A DNA stretch of 64,000 nt from positions 6,324,001 through 6,388,000 of the forward strand of contig CM022671.1 in the NCBI GenBank assembly GCA_012295275.1, read 5' to 3'. A model generated the notes under the pieces. That model saw only the letters and a list, made by a program, of their open reading frames with translations, was not told the DNA's origin and ran no database searches. This document shows positions 27,584-40,961 of the stretch, one piece after another. The stretch comes from Chrysomallon squamiferum (taxonomy: Eukaryota; Animalia; Mollusca). Within the stretch, counting starts at the first letter, position 1. Every line of letters begins with the position of its first letter. The translations under genes were made by a program, and so were the position numbers.

Positions 27584-30500
27584 TAAATAAATAAATAAAT
27601 AAATAAATAAAAAGAGAATTTAGACAGTAAGACAGACAAACAGACTCAGAAATAAACAGACAGATAGATAGATAGATAGATAGACAGATATAAATAAATA
27701 AATGAACAAATAAATAAATAATTTGTAAAGTTAACTCACAGTTTCATATTGAGATCCATTGTATCTAACAAGATCATATTCCACATTTGCGTCTCTGTCT
27801 AGGAACTGGAAAGTGTTGGTGTTTACAAACGTCACTCTGTTCAGGTTCTGTGCTAGGACTGCTTGCACATTTTGTGCTTGCTGAAACTCCAGACAAAGTT
27901 CTTTGTAGCTTTCCCCACAAAACTGCTTCAGCGTCCTGTCCAGTGCATCAGCAACAGCATACACAGCATTTATGGTTGGCAAGACAAAACTGCTGACTTG
28001 TTTTACTGAGAAGTCTCGGAGAGATGTCCCGCATGACGATGCGTATTTGAAATATCCTGGCAGGTTGCACTTGAAAACCTCGCTGTAGTATTTTGAAAAG
28101 TATCGGTTGTCTTCTGGTTTCATTTTATTGATGTAGGAGAGGAACCCAGCTGTTGCAGTAGCTGGAGATTTCAGTTTCAGTGCGAGCATGTTGGTAGCGG
28201 TGGTACCTGCACCTGACACAACGGTATCAAAAGACGTTGGCGAGATGAGGACGATGTTGCTAGCTTTTGCAGACTGTTTAGCAGTCAGAAACTTCTTCAT
28301 GTCACTTTCTCCCAGATACAAGACAACCACGTGAGAAGCGCTGTCACTGACAGCCTTCACGACATCAGCAGCAGTGTTGTTGTCAGTCATAACGTGCATT
28401 CCTATGATGCAGATGCCTTCTTGCTGGGCAGCAGCCTCCAGATACTTGACCCCACTCTTGTCCTCCTCGCTGAGTCCTCGCACAGCATGAACGTACACCA
28501 AGTTGAGAGACTTCGCCAACTTCACCATCGCCATGGCGAGAGTGTCCTCTCCCAGCACAGTTCTGTAAAACACCGGGTTACTTTTCAGAGACCTCGCCGT
28601 GGAAAACGGACTGACGACGGGTATGTTAAACTGCTGCAAGAAGCTTCCTGCCTCCGCGGCGCTGATGGTGCTGTCTGTCAACCACACTGGGACTCTCCTC
28701 GGCCGCAGCTTGCTGGTGTCAGTCCCCCACGTCGACATCGACTTCTCGACCAACCCGGAATAGAAAGAGTTCAGGAGACCGTACGTTCTCCTAGGGTTGT
28801 TGCAGTGATCCTCCATGAACCCGCCTAAAGTCACACCCTTCACACCCACCGGAGCTTTACCCGAGTTCACCATCGACAGAGCGTACTGCATCGCGGCTGT
28901 CAGCTGGAAGCCATCGGCCGTCACGCCGCTACCGCATGCGAACGGTCCACTGCCACCTGGTGTTGAAACGGCAAATATCCCGCCAATGATGAAGTCTCCT
29001 GGGATGTACATGTGCGGTTCAGCCTGATACACGTAGCACTGATAGCACTTACCACTGCACTGAGAGGGTAACCCATAGCTCGGTGGTTTTGCAACGCTCT
29101 TTGGGTCAAAATTAGAATTTAGAAATCCAGTTTTAGTGTTGTAAGAGGTAACCTAAAATAAAATTAAAAAAATTAAATTAAAAAAAAAAATTAAAAAAAA
29201 TTAAATAAAATATATTTATAATGCAAATTTATTATCTGACAAATGGTAGAATGTCAAAATATTTGTATTTCAGCTAAATATGAAATGACATAAAGGAAAA
29301 AAAAAATTGTTTCCATTAGTGGATTTAATCTAGAAACCTATGATCAAAAATTAATAAAATAATATTTAAAAGTTGTGATAAATTACAAAAACTTGCAAAC
29401 CTTGACATACTGTCCACTTTTCACACTGAAAATGTTAAAGTTCTGAGTCCCTTCACCATTCACCACCTCAAATGAATATGGCGTATTCTCCTCCACGTAG
29501 TTCAGTTGAATATTTCTGATGTTGCTAAGCAACTTCTCATTGAATTCTGGCGACACTCGTGCCTTGTTGCAGACAACACTGTAGCCACTGCCACAGATGT
29601 CAACAAGGGTGTTGTGTATAGCCTTTGCCGATGCATACACAGAGGAAATCAGTGCTGCTGTGTTGGGTTGGATCCATAGTTGTGATACCAATAAACCAGA
29701 ATCACAAGCTTTCTGGTAGAACTGTTTGTTTCCTGCGTTCAGGTAACATTTGAATTCTGATTCATACCACTTTGAAAATATAGGATCCTGTCGAATCTTC
29801 TCCAGAGTGTTGTAGGTCTGAGTGAGATACTGTTTGAATCCGAGGTTCTGCTGCGAGTCCATCTGGAAGATGATGCTGCCTTCTGCCTGCGAGTTGTAGT
29901 CCTGTATGACAGACAGACGTGTGCCCCAGGGCTCAGCTCCAATCAGCTGATACTCACCTATCGCACCCTGGTCTTTCATTCCTTGGAACAGAGTCCGGAT
30001 GTCGGCTTTGAATCCAAATACAACGATGGTACTGGCCAGGTAGTTTTCTCTGAGTTTGTTGACAAGTTCTCTGCCCGACATGCCAAACTTGTAACTTGCT
30101 GCCATGCAGATCTGAGCTTTCCTTGCTTCTCTTTCCATGTCCTTGAGGGCCTGCTCTCCAAACGCATCATCGCGAACAACAAGTTGAAAATACGTCCAGC
30201 CCATCCTCTTCATGAAAGTGACGATTGCCTTGGCCTGCACAGCATCAGAGGGCACCGCCGGTTGAAGTAGGGATACAGAGACCTGTCTGACAGTTTGGAT
30301 GCTGTTGCCATTGAATCTATTTCGGGAATTCTGAAACTGGAAGTAACCAGGGACGTCTGCTCCAGTGTGTAGGTCAGTGAACTCTGAACGAACATTTTCA
30401 GTTTGTGAGGGTCAACGTATCTGTTTTGCGAGTCTTTGTAAACCCTTGCGCCACTGAGCAGGTTGACGAGGAAAGATGACAAGACTTCCCGATTGCTGCA

Positions 30501-31052
30501 TGCATCGACGAACAGACCTCCAAGCTTGACGTTTTTCAGAGTGTTGGCTGGAAGCACGTCCTGAGTATTTGCTCAGCGCGTATTTGATTGCTATCAGACT
30601 CTGCAGATTCGTTGTGCTGTAATCTCCACAGGAAAATGGCTCATGGCCCTGGTTGTGTAGCTGGGTCAGACTTCCAATCAAGATGTCTCCCGGCACCTGC
30701 AGTATCTCAACAGGGTTGTAAGGCAGCACGCACTCGTTGCAGATGTTGCTGGTACACAGTGACACTGGAAGGCTGCTGATGATGTTGTCACGATTCCTGT
30801 TGTAGAAAGTCAGGTCTGAAGTGTTCAGATTGAGTATGTTGTTGCTGAAGTTACCAACCTGAAAGAAGACAGTTTGTTAGCTATGAGTGGCTGCTTTTGT
30901 CTGTATGTATCTGTATGTGTGTGTGTGTGTGTGTATTGTGTGTGTCTGTATGTATCTGTGTGTGTGTGTGTGTGTGTGTGTCTATTGTGTCTGTATGTAT
31001 CTGTGTGTGTGTGTGTGTGTGTGTCTATTGTGTCTGTATGTATCTGTATGTA

Positions 31053-31090
<38 letters not shown>

Positions 31091-33804
31091 TGTATGTATC
31101 TGTGTGTGTGTGTGTGTGTGTGTGTGTCTATTGTGTCTGTATGTATCTGTGTGTGTGTGTGTATGTGTGTGTGTGTCTGTTCGAATGTGGGTACTCTTTC
31201 ATATCAGTATTTAATAACCATTATTTCTATATTGTATTATCAATAACAAAACGCAAACAGAATAATTCACAAAGTGAAGTTTTTAACTCTCTCTCTCACC
31301 TGCTGAAATCTGTTGTTTTTGTACTGCCAGACACCAAACTGACTTTCCGGTGGGTCCCCATTGCTGTCAAACTGCACAGTCTGTCCAACCAGACTTGCTA
31401 TTCCGTCCGACGTCTGGAACGTGTACCGTGCTTTCTTCAAATACGAGTTATGAAACTCCATGGGATCCATGTTTCTCAACCCATAGCAAAGCTGGCCAGT
31501 GCCTCCACAGTTAAACTGACTGGCCTGGCGCAGAGCCTCTGCATATACATAAACTGCCTTGATGGTGGTGTCCACATAGGGCTGTTGTGTGAATTTGTTT
31601 ACATTGCCTTTGGGTATAAAGTCACAGGAGCTCTGGTAGTTTACATAAGGAGGGTTAGTGACTCCAGTAAATTTACATTTGTTTACCAGCATGTACCACT
31701 CCTTGTACCAAGGGTTCTCAGTCGTCTGTCCCGCAGCATTGTATTCAAGATTGACGAAGTAACTTCTGAATTCTTGTATAAGCGTTGTTGATGGTTGCAC
31801 GATGATAGCACCCTTGACAACTTTTTTCTGGTCGTACGACTGCTCTAGGGAAAGGTCGCTGAAAATCCACTGAATTTCGGCAAATTTCTGATCTGAGGAC
31901 ATCACTGAATCCATCGCATCAATAACGGTGTCGAGTGAACGAAATGAGCCCCAGACAATTCCACCCTTTGCACTGGTCTTAGACAACGTTGACAGCTGCT
32001 GTCTGTAATAATCCAGAGTTCCACTTTCTTTCAGTGGCAAAACCTGTATAATACATTTCTTCTGGCTGAAGGTCAGTTGACTAATGTCCTTGAAAAAGTC
32101 TTTGCCATAATCAGTTTCACTGTAAACAAGAACGATTTTCTGCCACTGAAGTCTTCCAAGCAGTTTATCTATTACCTGTAACAAAACAATTCAAAGAAAT
32201 ACTGAGTGAAAAACAGTGATGACTTTTAGAAAATACTATCAGTGTGGCCAGGAAGTCATTCTTCCTTTTTTTTGTGTTTGTTTACTTTTATTATTTTGTT
32301 GTTGTTGTTGTTTCCCAAAAATGCAAAAATGCAAAATAAAAAATATAAAAACAATTATTATGTTGTAATAATCAGTTATGATCAGTAATAATTATTTATA
32401 TCAGTCTGCTAATTGTTTATCGTCTGTGTAAAATTATTTATGATATGTCTAGCAATTGTTTATGATCTGTCCTACCCTTGCAAACAGGGCAGTGGAAGGA
32501 CTAGTTCTCAGGAAAGTAGGATAGAGGGCTTTGTTGCTTAGTTCAGAGGATGCAGCCCGAGGAGACACAGCTGAGGCGGTGAATGACTTGATTAGAGCTG
32601 CCACCATTTTAGATGTCCAACTACTGACAGGTCCAAGAAAACCTGGAAATAAATAAATAAATAAATAAATATTGATATAGATTACTGACTAACTAATAAA
32701 TAAATTTGTTAAGCACTTTTTATTTAAACTTTAAAAACTGTAACCAAAATACATAAAGAATTGCTTAAATACACGTACAGAATCGGCTGACAGTATTTTA
32801 AACACGTAACTAATACAACTAAATAGTTAAATAAAAAAAAAAAATAAATAAATAAATAAACCAAATATAAAAATTAATGCACAAAGAGAAAAAAAAAAAT
32901 ACCTAGAGTTATTTGCTGTGGGTTCACCGAGGTGCAGGATTCCTTTGGTGATGTAGATCTGGGGTAGAACTCATAAGCGGCATTTGTACCCTGTACGGTC
33001 GAGTAACATGTATCATAAGCCTTAATGCCTGTAAACCAATAAAACAGTTACTGAAAATAATTGTTTTAAACATATCAAATACAGAAACATAAACTGCAAA
33101 TTTATTGTGTTAAAACCAAATTCAGAAAATAATTCCGGGGAAAAATAAATAAAAATAAAAATAATCAAAGTTTGAAAACAATTAATGAAATCGTTTAATA
33201 TTTTATCTTATTTTTTTTAATTATTTAATAATAATAATAATCACATTTTTTTAATATAATTTTTCATAAATTGACAATTTAAAATACATTTTATGGAACA
33301 CACCAAAAACAAAAACAAAATAAATGTAATTAAAACGAAAGGTGAAGGTGAAAAAGGGAGAGTATTCTGTACAATGTACATCTTCAAAAATATTTACTGA
33401 AAATTATGGTATGCTGGAGAAAAAAAAAAAAAGAAGAAAAAAAAAGTATATATATATAACGATATATATATATATATCGGCTTGTGGATAAGAGCCATGT
33501 TGATACAGCATTTATTTCGAAGCCAATAGCACATATATATATATATATAGATACCTGTTTTCAAATTAACAGTGACAGACGGCACCAAGTTAAGTAGAAA
33601 TATTATCATCATCGTCTTTGTGTCCCTTTCACTTTATGTATGTTTTAAACAACAACGACAGCAACAACAACAATAATAATACTCACCCAGAGTTATGCCT
33701 GGTATTCGATTAGCTATATTTATTTTCCCAATCGCCCACCGAGCAGCTTCGTAAATCTGCATTGTATCTAGTGGAGACAACAACAACAACAATAATAATA
33801 ATAA

Positions 33805-33835
<31 letters not shown>

Positions 33836-34273
33836 AAGAAGAAGAAGAAAAAGTGGAAGAAGATCAACAACAGCAGCAACAACAATAGTAAGAGTAAGAA
33901 GAAGAAGAAGAAGAAACAATGCAAAAACTCATTGAATAAATATTTCAAAATTATTTTGGATTTACTACGTACTTCTATGTTTTATTTTATTATTATTATT
34001 TTTTTTATTATTTATTTATTTATTTGGTTAAAGTTATGCATTATTATTTATCCTTTTAAATTATAAATTATTTTTCTCACCTCGAGCGGGGAGACCACAC
34101 CCATACCCATCAGATCCCTGAATTCGCATTCCAAACAGGCCCCCAATGACAGCGTTAGCGTTAACTGGGTACACGCTGGTGGACAGTTTACTAACGTCAC
34201 AAGTCTCGGCTGCCATGTCTTCAGCCGTCACACACGTCATACACAACGCCAGCATAATCAAAAGTCTCGCCAT
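21057..34273 (-). CDS. Giant class C GPCR-like receptor, paralogue B: signal peptide + 5 tandem Venus-flytrap domains + 7TM + short tail (~2810 aa, 12 coding exons)
   Basis: Exons 34273-34081, 33767-33687, 33028-32903, 32642-32476, 32175-31300, 30858-29401, 29152-27740, 26808-26655, 26165-24812, 24566-23076, 22709-21708, 21166-21057; same intron positions and phases as paralogue A (exon 4 is 167 nt in both). Signal peptide MARLLIMLALCMTCVTA; ends ...QDSDVGF*. Four 1-nt frameshifts (~30564, ~30258, ~25646, ~22530). Confidence 0.85.
21708..22709 (-). CDS. Paralogue B exon 11: Cys/Pro-Thr linker + class C 7TM domain (one frameshift)
   Basis: CPAGLICGC, then WAIAVAVL...YPIRGGT...CAARR...IEWLIL...NYSESRWI...RDPTVAI...PLRK. 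Confidence 0.88.
23076..24566 (-). CDS. Paralogue B exon 10: Cys linker + VFT domain 5
   Basis: 1491-nt phase 0-0 exon; CNRDDTCTEC, IIGVFDIH, VDTC, LARTSPP, WFDEYY. Confidence 0.88.
24812..26808 (-). CDS. Paralogue B exons 8-9: Cys linker + VFT domain 4 (one 1-nt frameshift)
   Basis: CSSNCLRC, GLFDVH, IPQISYASTS, FYRTVPADD, SETW, ENPWFNEYY. Confidence 0.88.
27740..29152 (-). CDS. Paralogue B exon 7: Cys linker + VFT domain 3
   Basis: 1413-nt phase 0-0 exon; CSGKCYQC, PGDFIIGGIF, LGGFMEDHC, INAVYAVA. Confidence 0.9.
29401..30858 (-). CDS. Paralogue B exon 6: Cys linker + VFT domain 2 (two 1-nt frameshifts)
   Basis: Three consecutive ORFs (30412-30765, 30210-30557, 29383-30255) join into one VFT: CTSNICNEC, PGDILIG, LGGLFVDAC, VPSD, AEPWG. 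Confidence 0.85.
31300..34273 (-). CDS. Paralogue B signal peptide and VFT domain 1 (exons 1-5)
   Basis: AVIGGLFGMR, QIYEAARWAI, GFLGPVSS, FLRTSP, ENPWYKEWY, KAVYVYA. Confidence 0.87.
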
Positions 34274-34319
34274 CTTTAATCTGAAAACGAAAGTAAATAT
34301 TTAAAAACAAATCGTTCGT

Positions 34320-34363
<44 letters not shown>

Positions 34364-34833
34364 AGGTTTTGGTAAATATTTACACATATTTATAAAATTC
34401 ACACATACACATATACGCATACATTTTTATATAGATGCACACACATACATACACAAATACACATGTATTATACATGTAGCTACTCTATGTACATATATGC
34501 ACACATATGCATATGAAACATCAATTCACAGTTTAAATAAATGTACATACATGCGCACGTATATGCACATGAAACATCAATTTCAGAGTTTAAATAGATG
34601 TACATATGAACACATACACACATTTATACATATACACACGCTTACATACACACACACATGCACGCACTAGTGCTATATAATCTTATTTACGAGGTATGCT
34701 GCAACAACACTATTACTTTTTGAAGATAGTAAGTAGTACAGACGATGTGGTAAAATGACTACAAGGGATAGACACACTGAGATGGTCTGGACGTAATAAA
34801 AATAATAATAACAATCATAATAACAGTAATAAT

Positions 34834-35043
<210 letters not shown>

Positions 35044-35240
35044 TGCACAAGATCGATAGATCTCTTCGGTGTATCGAGTCCAAAACTCTGGATGTAAGTA
35101 AGCTGGGGGGTTGGGGAATGATATTTCAAGAGAAAATAAAACACTTTTTCTCCATGTTAATACATTGAGATAACATTCTGTGGTGTCCGATGTGTGTCTG
35201 TCTGACAAACAGAATGATTATCAAAGCACTAAACAGAAGA

Positions 35241-35279
<39 letters not shown>

Positions 35280-36073
35280 TTTTATATATATATATATATA
35301 TTTTTTTTTACCTGATATCAAATACTGATTAACAATATGCATTATTATAGCTGGGATTTCAGTCAACGGAAATTCATCAAACAAAATAAACTAAATATCA
35401 ACTACTTACCTGTACCGCCCTAGTACGTATAACATAAACACTTGTATTAAACATCAGGCTATATAATAAACTACAGACAAATAAATGCAGCCAGTTGACG
35501 ATATTTTACCAGAAACAAAAATTTGCTCACCCAGATGGTTAACGACACTATTGCTTTTATCCTTCTTTCTATCCTAATATCGAAAACTCAAAATTTCACA
35601 GTAAAGAGGTGTAGTCTATGCCATGTTACCTCCGACAGCCCAACCCCAGTTCTTAATATTACAGGTATCGAGTCAAGGAAATCATGTTGCCATAAATAGT
35701 TTTTCTATGCTTTATTCAGAACGCGAATCGAGGCGACAAAACCTGTTCTGCAGGTTCATTGACAAACTGGTCATTCGAGCGTCTCACTGCACTGACAGTT
35801 CGCGAGTACAAGCTAACGGTTTGCTTAATGATGTAAGGGAAATAACTCCTGTTATGCAGCAGGATATGATTTTATACATCACATTATTTTAAATTTTTAA
35901 ATAAATAAAAAGGTCAGTAATCAACAAGAGGTAACATAGATTGTAACCAAATGAAATGATTATTAACACTATTAATACTGTCTTTACTGTTGTCATTGTT
36001 GTTATGTTTGTTACTGTTGTTATTATAATTTCTTTTACAAGCTGTATTCTGACTGAATGTGTGTGTGTGTGTG

Positions 36074-36347
36074 CAGGGTTGGATTTAATGTGCTTGCTGC
36101 CCATAGGCTAACACATTTTTACCGCCCCCTCCTCAAGGCTCAAGTCCCCGTCACCCTTCCCACTTAGTTTATATAATATGAATGGTTATAACTTATGATC
36201 TAGTTTTGGCAAAAACATGGTTTTACATTTACATAATGATTTATTTAAATGTGAAAATACGAATTTATGTAACATAAAGTGCAGCCCCTATCATCTTTGC
36301 CGCCCTAGGCACTAGCCTAGAAAGCCTGTATGTGAAATCCGGCCCTG
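36074..36347. mobile_element. ~274-bp MITE, probably hAT family, inserted in a (TG)n tract
   Basis: Termini CAGGGTTGGATTT / AAATCCGGCCCTG; 8-bp flanks tgtgtgtg / tgtgtgcg (TSD ambiguous within a microsatellite). Confidence 0.65.
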
Positions 36348-36586
36348 TGTGTGCGTGTGTGTGTGTGTTGTTTGTTGGAGCGTGATATTTTATTATTATG
36401 TTGTGGGGGAGGGCTCTGGTTTGTGTTTCTCTAGGTGGGTGTGTTTGTTGTTTATTATGAACAGAAAGAAAGAAAAGATGAGAAAGAAAAATAACACGAA
36501 AATGCTGTGTAAAGGAGAAAGAAATAAATAAAGAAAAGAAATAAAAAAATTCCGGAAGCAAACCTTAATGTATTTTGGTTAATTAC

Positions 36587-36678
<92 letters not shown>

Positions 36679-37519
36679 TCTTTTTTTTATAAATATTTTT
36701 CTCTGATAATGAACGCGAAAGCCCAACATAAGTTCATGACTGCTGTTACCTAGGTTTTACTGCGAGTTTCAGGCACTTTTTAGTTTAAGTATCAGGCCAG
36801 TTTGTAGGGTTGGAGCGCGTAGGTGTTACTCTATGTGATTCTACATACAATATTTATTACTATTATTATTAGTATTTACCACTCCCTGAGATTGTTGTTG
36901 TTGATGGTTTTGTTTGGTTAAAAAAAAAAAAAAAAAATAAAAAAATAAATGGGACTTTAATTTAACAAATTCCAGAGTGAGAAATTTCAAGAATCATTGA
37001 ATGGTATCGAATCACTAAGATCTTAAATTTTGAGTATTTTGTTTTCTTCTTTGATTAAAACCAGGATAGTCTAAATAAAAATGACTAAAACTAATAAAGA
37101 CTGGCATTGTTTAAAATTAATGACTTAGTATCGCCCTCGGCTGACCAGGATCTGACATTATAACATTTTAAATTATACGCTGATTAAATTACAATAACCA
37201 CAGCATCGTGCGTTGAACAGGAAACCCAAAACACTCCTTAACTGATATACATGTATAAAAAGTGGAAACTGCACATTTAATTTTTATTAAGTAATATTCT
37301 GTTAAAATGATGTAGTTATTTGTTAAATAAGTTTAATAGTTTTATCTAATTTTAAACGGTGAAACATTCTACTTTCTACTTTAATAAAGTATCGCTTTAA
37401 CCAGAAGAGTGCGTGACTGGGCAAGGGGAGGTAACTTTCAAGTTAAATGGCTGACAGGAGGAATGTGTAAATAAAGCTTTAATGTACTTGACACAGACAG
37501 AAAACGTCATTTGTCAGCT

Positions 37520-37887
37520 ATGACAACAATTGATGAATGTAATCGAAGAAAAGTTTATGATTTTGTTGCAGCCCTTATTGAGAAAGGTATTAAGGTGCTC
37601 GCTTTAGACTTTGATCTGACGTTGATTTCTATTCATTCGGGAGGAATCTGGCGAGAAGGGACAGAAAAGTTGGCTGCGCACGTGCGGCCATGTATGGCAG
37701 ATCTGATTGAAATTGCTGTCAGTCGGGGCATGCATGTTTGTGTTGTGACGTTTCACAGACAGTCCTGGTTGATCAGAGATGTGCTAAAACTTGTCTTATC
37801 AAAAAAGTAAGTAAACTATAAAAAATACTCCATCTCGGATAGAGAGATGATGAAAAGAAATGGGAATGTTTACTAACAATTTTAAAC

Positions 37888-37930
<43 letters not shown>

Positions 37931-40900
37931 ATGTTCAAATGATATTATTATGAGATATGCAGTAAACAACTGTATTACATATTAAATATTAAAGGTGTAC
38001 TACAAGATATAAAACGTTTCACTATATCTTTGTATTCAGTCATTTACAGTTAATCGTTTCCTGCAGTTTTAGAATAAAATCAGTAGTTTAACTAAACCAT
38101 CACAAAATATTTATCAGACAGAATTTCAACATCTTATGCATATATATATGGTATATATATATATATATAAATGTAGACAGACATACATACATATATACAT
38201 ACACACAGTACATACCTAAATACTTACAATCACTGTTTCTTTTCAAAGTTCTGCAAACTACTGAAAAGTAAGAATTAACGTGTTTTCTTGCTTTGTTAAT
38301 TATTTTCAGTCGTTTTTATTTATTTATTTATTATTAGTGACATTACAATTATTTATATTCAAAAGACAACTATATAATAATAATAACAACAGTAACAACA
38401 TCATCAACAACAACAATAATAAAGGAATCAGATATGTAATTATGAATCATTGTGTAAGTGATATTAACTCAGTAGTTTGGAATTACTGTATGAATGTTTA
38501 ATACCATGACTCACTATTAACAGTATTTGTGTTTCTGACAGATGAACACTCATTTGGGGAAATGGTTGAGTCATTGACTTGGATTATTTTTACCGAATTG
38601 CTGCTTGCATTATATAGTAGAATGAGTTTCATCTCTGAGTATCTGACTTTTTACTCTGAGAATGATGTCACAAACACATACACTGTGTATTTATTTATTT
38701 GTTTCTAATATAATCAGGTCATTCTGTGTCAAATCACCCAATGGGTTAAACCCGATTGTTTCAGATTTTTATGAAACTTGGTATACTTGTTGATTAGGAT
38801 CACACAGCACCAAATCTGAAATATTAGCCCAATTGGATCAGTGGTGTGGGAGATATGGACCCCCCCCCCGAATTTTGAGATTTTGGGCAAAAATGGGCAT
38901 GATCACCAACCTTTGAACCCTTATATCTCAGAAACTACTGGGCCAATCTTCATAAAATTGGTATTGTTGAAAAGGCAATATAACAAGAATTCCAAATCTG
39001 CCATTATTGTTCAATAAAACATATATATATGTGTAATATTTTTTGTTTAGCCACATTGTAGATTTAAAAAATGCATACCTGCATGGATGATTGATACAGT
39101 GCATTACAATGTACATTTTCTACATGTATACAATTTGAAACAACGAATTACCTCATGAAAAAAAGCCATGCTATCACAGATTTCTGCATCAAGAATATTC
39201 CAGGCATTCACTTTTTCAACATCACACCAGACCACATAGCAAAGCATGAGTTGGAACTACAAGGGAGGTTTCAAGTGGCCAAAATGGTCAAGGGAACACA
39301 GCAGTTTCACCCGTTAGTTCCATTATCTAAATCAAAGATGCATGCCTACAAGCTGAGCCTGCAGAGTCGCCCACCAGAACTAGTATATGTCCAGGATTCT
39401 GAGGATGATATGATAGAGTTACCATAGGAGCCTTCCACTGAAGCCAAGAAGCAACACTATGTTTGACAATGAGGCATGGGTTGGGCTGGTTGAGGACATT
39501 TCAGAAGAGCATGGAGACTTCTTTATTCGTTTCATGCACCATCACAGATCTTCTAAGTTATTTCACTGGCCAAACAGAGAAGACACTTGTTGGATTAGTG
39601 AAAGGGACATATTCTGTGTCATTGATACACCTGCTATTGCATCTTCTCTATGGATGTACTCTTGGAGTAAAAAAGATGATGCTATAACTGCCAGATTATA
39701 GGGGAAGTGGGTTACTGAATAATTCTGTGACTGCTGAACTGGTGAGAAGACAATGAAGTAAGTAGTTTGATATCATATGATCATAAATGTAGGCCTACGA
39801 TGTCTTACTCGGTGACCAAGAGAGATGGTGATTCCTAGCATCCAGAATTGTTCATTCAGGTTTTAGCTAATCTGCAGTTAATGGCAGAAAAGGTGTTATT
39901 TTCATGGACGTGCATTTTTTAAATCTATATTGTGGCTAAACAAAAAATATTACACCCAGGAAACTTTTATATGTTTTACTTAACACATGCGAGATTAAAT
40001 TTCAATAAAGGTCATCTCAAGGTCAATACCAATTTTATGAAGATTGGCCCATTAGTTCCTGAGATATGAGGATTCAAAGCTTGGAGCTCAAGCCCATTTT
40101 TGCAAAAATCTCAAAATTTGGGAGTGGGGGGCCATATCTCCCACACCACTGGTCTGATTGGCTCCCAATCAACAAGTATACCAGGTTTCATAAAAATCTG
40201 AGATGGTCAGATTAAATTATTTTTTTGAGGGGTGTGTATTGACACAGAATAACCCAATTGCATTTACTTGCCAATATAAAAAAATATATAAAATGAAATA
40301 AACAATATAAAATAAAAACAATAATAATAATGTAAATAAATAAATAAATAAAAATCCATTGCAAAGTTGTCACATTCTCAATCATTCAGATAAATTACTC
40401 ATATCAAAATAATACATCTTTGTAACATTCTTCAAAATTATACAGAAACACTGCTATTTTAACATGAATTAAATAAAATGATAACTTGGAAGCATGTAGA
40501 AGATATAACAACTGTCTATTCAGTTACAGTCAAACTTTAACACAACCCAAAATAATAATTTGATTATTTTAAACACCACAGATACACTTTAACATGAAAC
40601 CAGTAACAAATTAGAAGGATGACCTTTTTTTTTTTTTTTTTTTGATACAACTGGGATTATATTTTATCCGTTTCACTTCAGGGCGTCTGCGCGGGTATTG
40701 GTTCAGGGAAACAGCATTGACCTGATGCAGAGACAGGGAGTTGACGAATTCATGGGGAAGGAGGCTCACCTGATCACAGTCCTAAACGAGATCTACACCA
40801 AACGGCACATCATCGTCAAACCAGAGGAGGTGATTCTGCTGGACGATGATGAGAAGAACATTCGCACGGCCATCTCGTTCAATCACTGGGCAGTGCTGAT

Positions 40901-40961
40901 ATCCGAGGACGTCAACCATGACAGTTTCGACAGTTTCAAAAAAATGCTGCTTGTCACTTAA
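37520..40961 (+). CDS. HAD-superfamily phosphatase-like protein (188 aa; exons 37520-37806, 40682-40961)
   Basis: Motif I LALDFDLT, motif II VVTF, motif III Lys (GKEAH), motif IV LLDDDEKN; phase-2 GTAAGT..CAG intron joins the two ORFs in frame. Confidence 0.85.
38716..40255 (+). mobile_element. Non-autonomous long-TIR DNA transposon (Sola2-like) in the HAD gene intron, with C-terminal transposase remnants
   Basis: Termini (A/G)GGTCATTCTGTGTCAA...TTGACACAGAATAACCC; flanks aatc/aatt; broken ORFs 39155-39427 (KGTQQFH) and 39459-39701 (WVGLV...FMH...WPNREDTCW); same family as 48882-51397. Confidence 0.8.

Noticed and set aside
5358-32184. A cluster of about ten separate metabotropic glutamate receptor genes
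   Set aside because: Only two signal peptides and two 7TM exons exist; the VFT ORFs are bounded by in-phase splice sites and join continuously
39155-39701. Independent host gene nested in the HAD intron
   Set aside because: Two broken ORFs lying between transposon TIRs; transposase remnants
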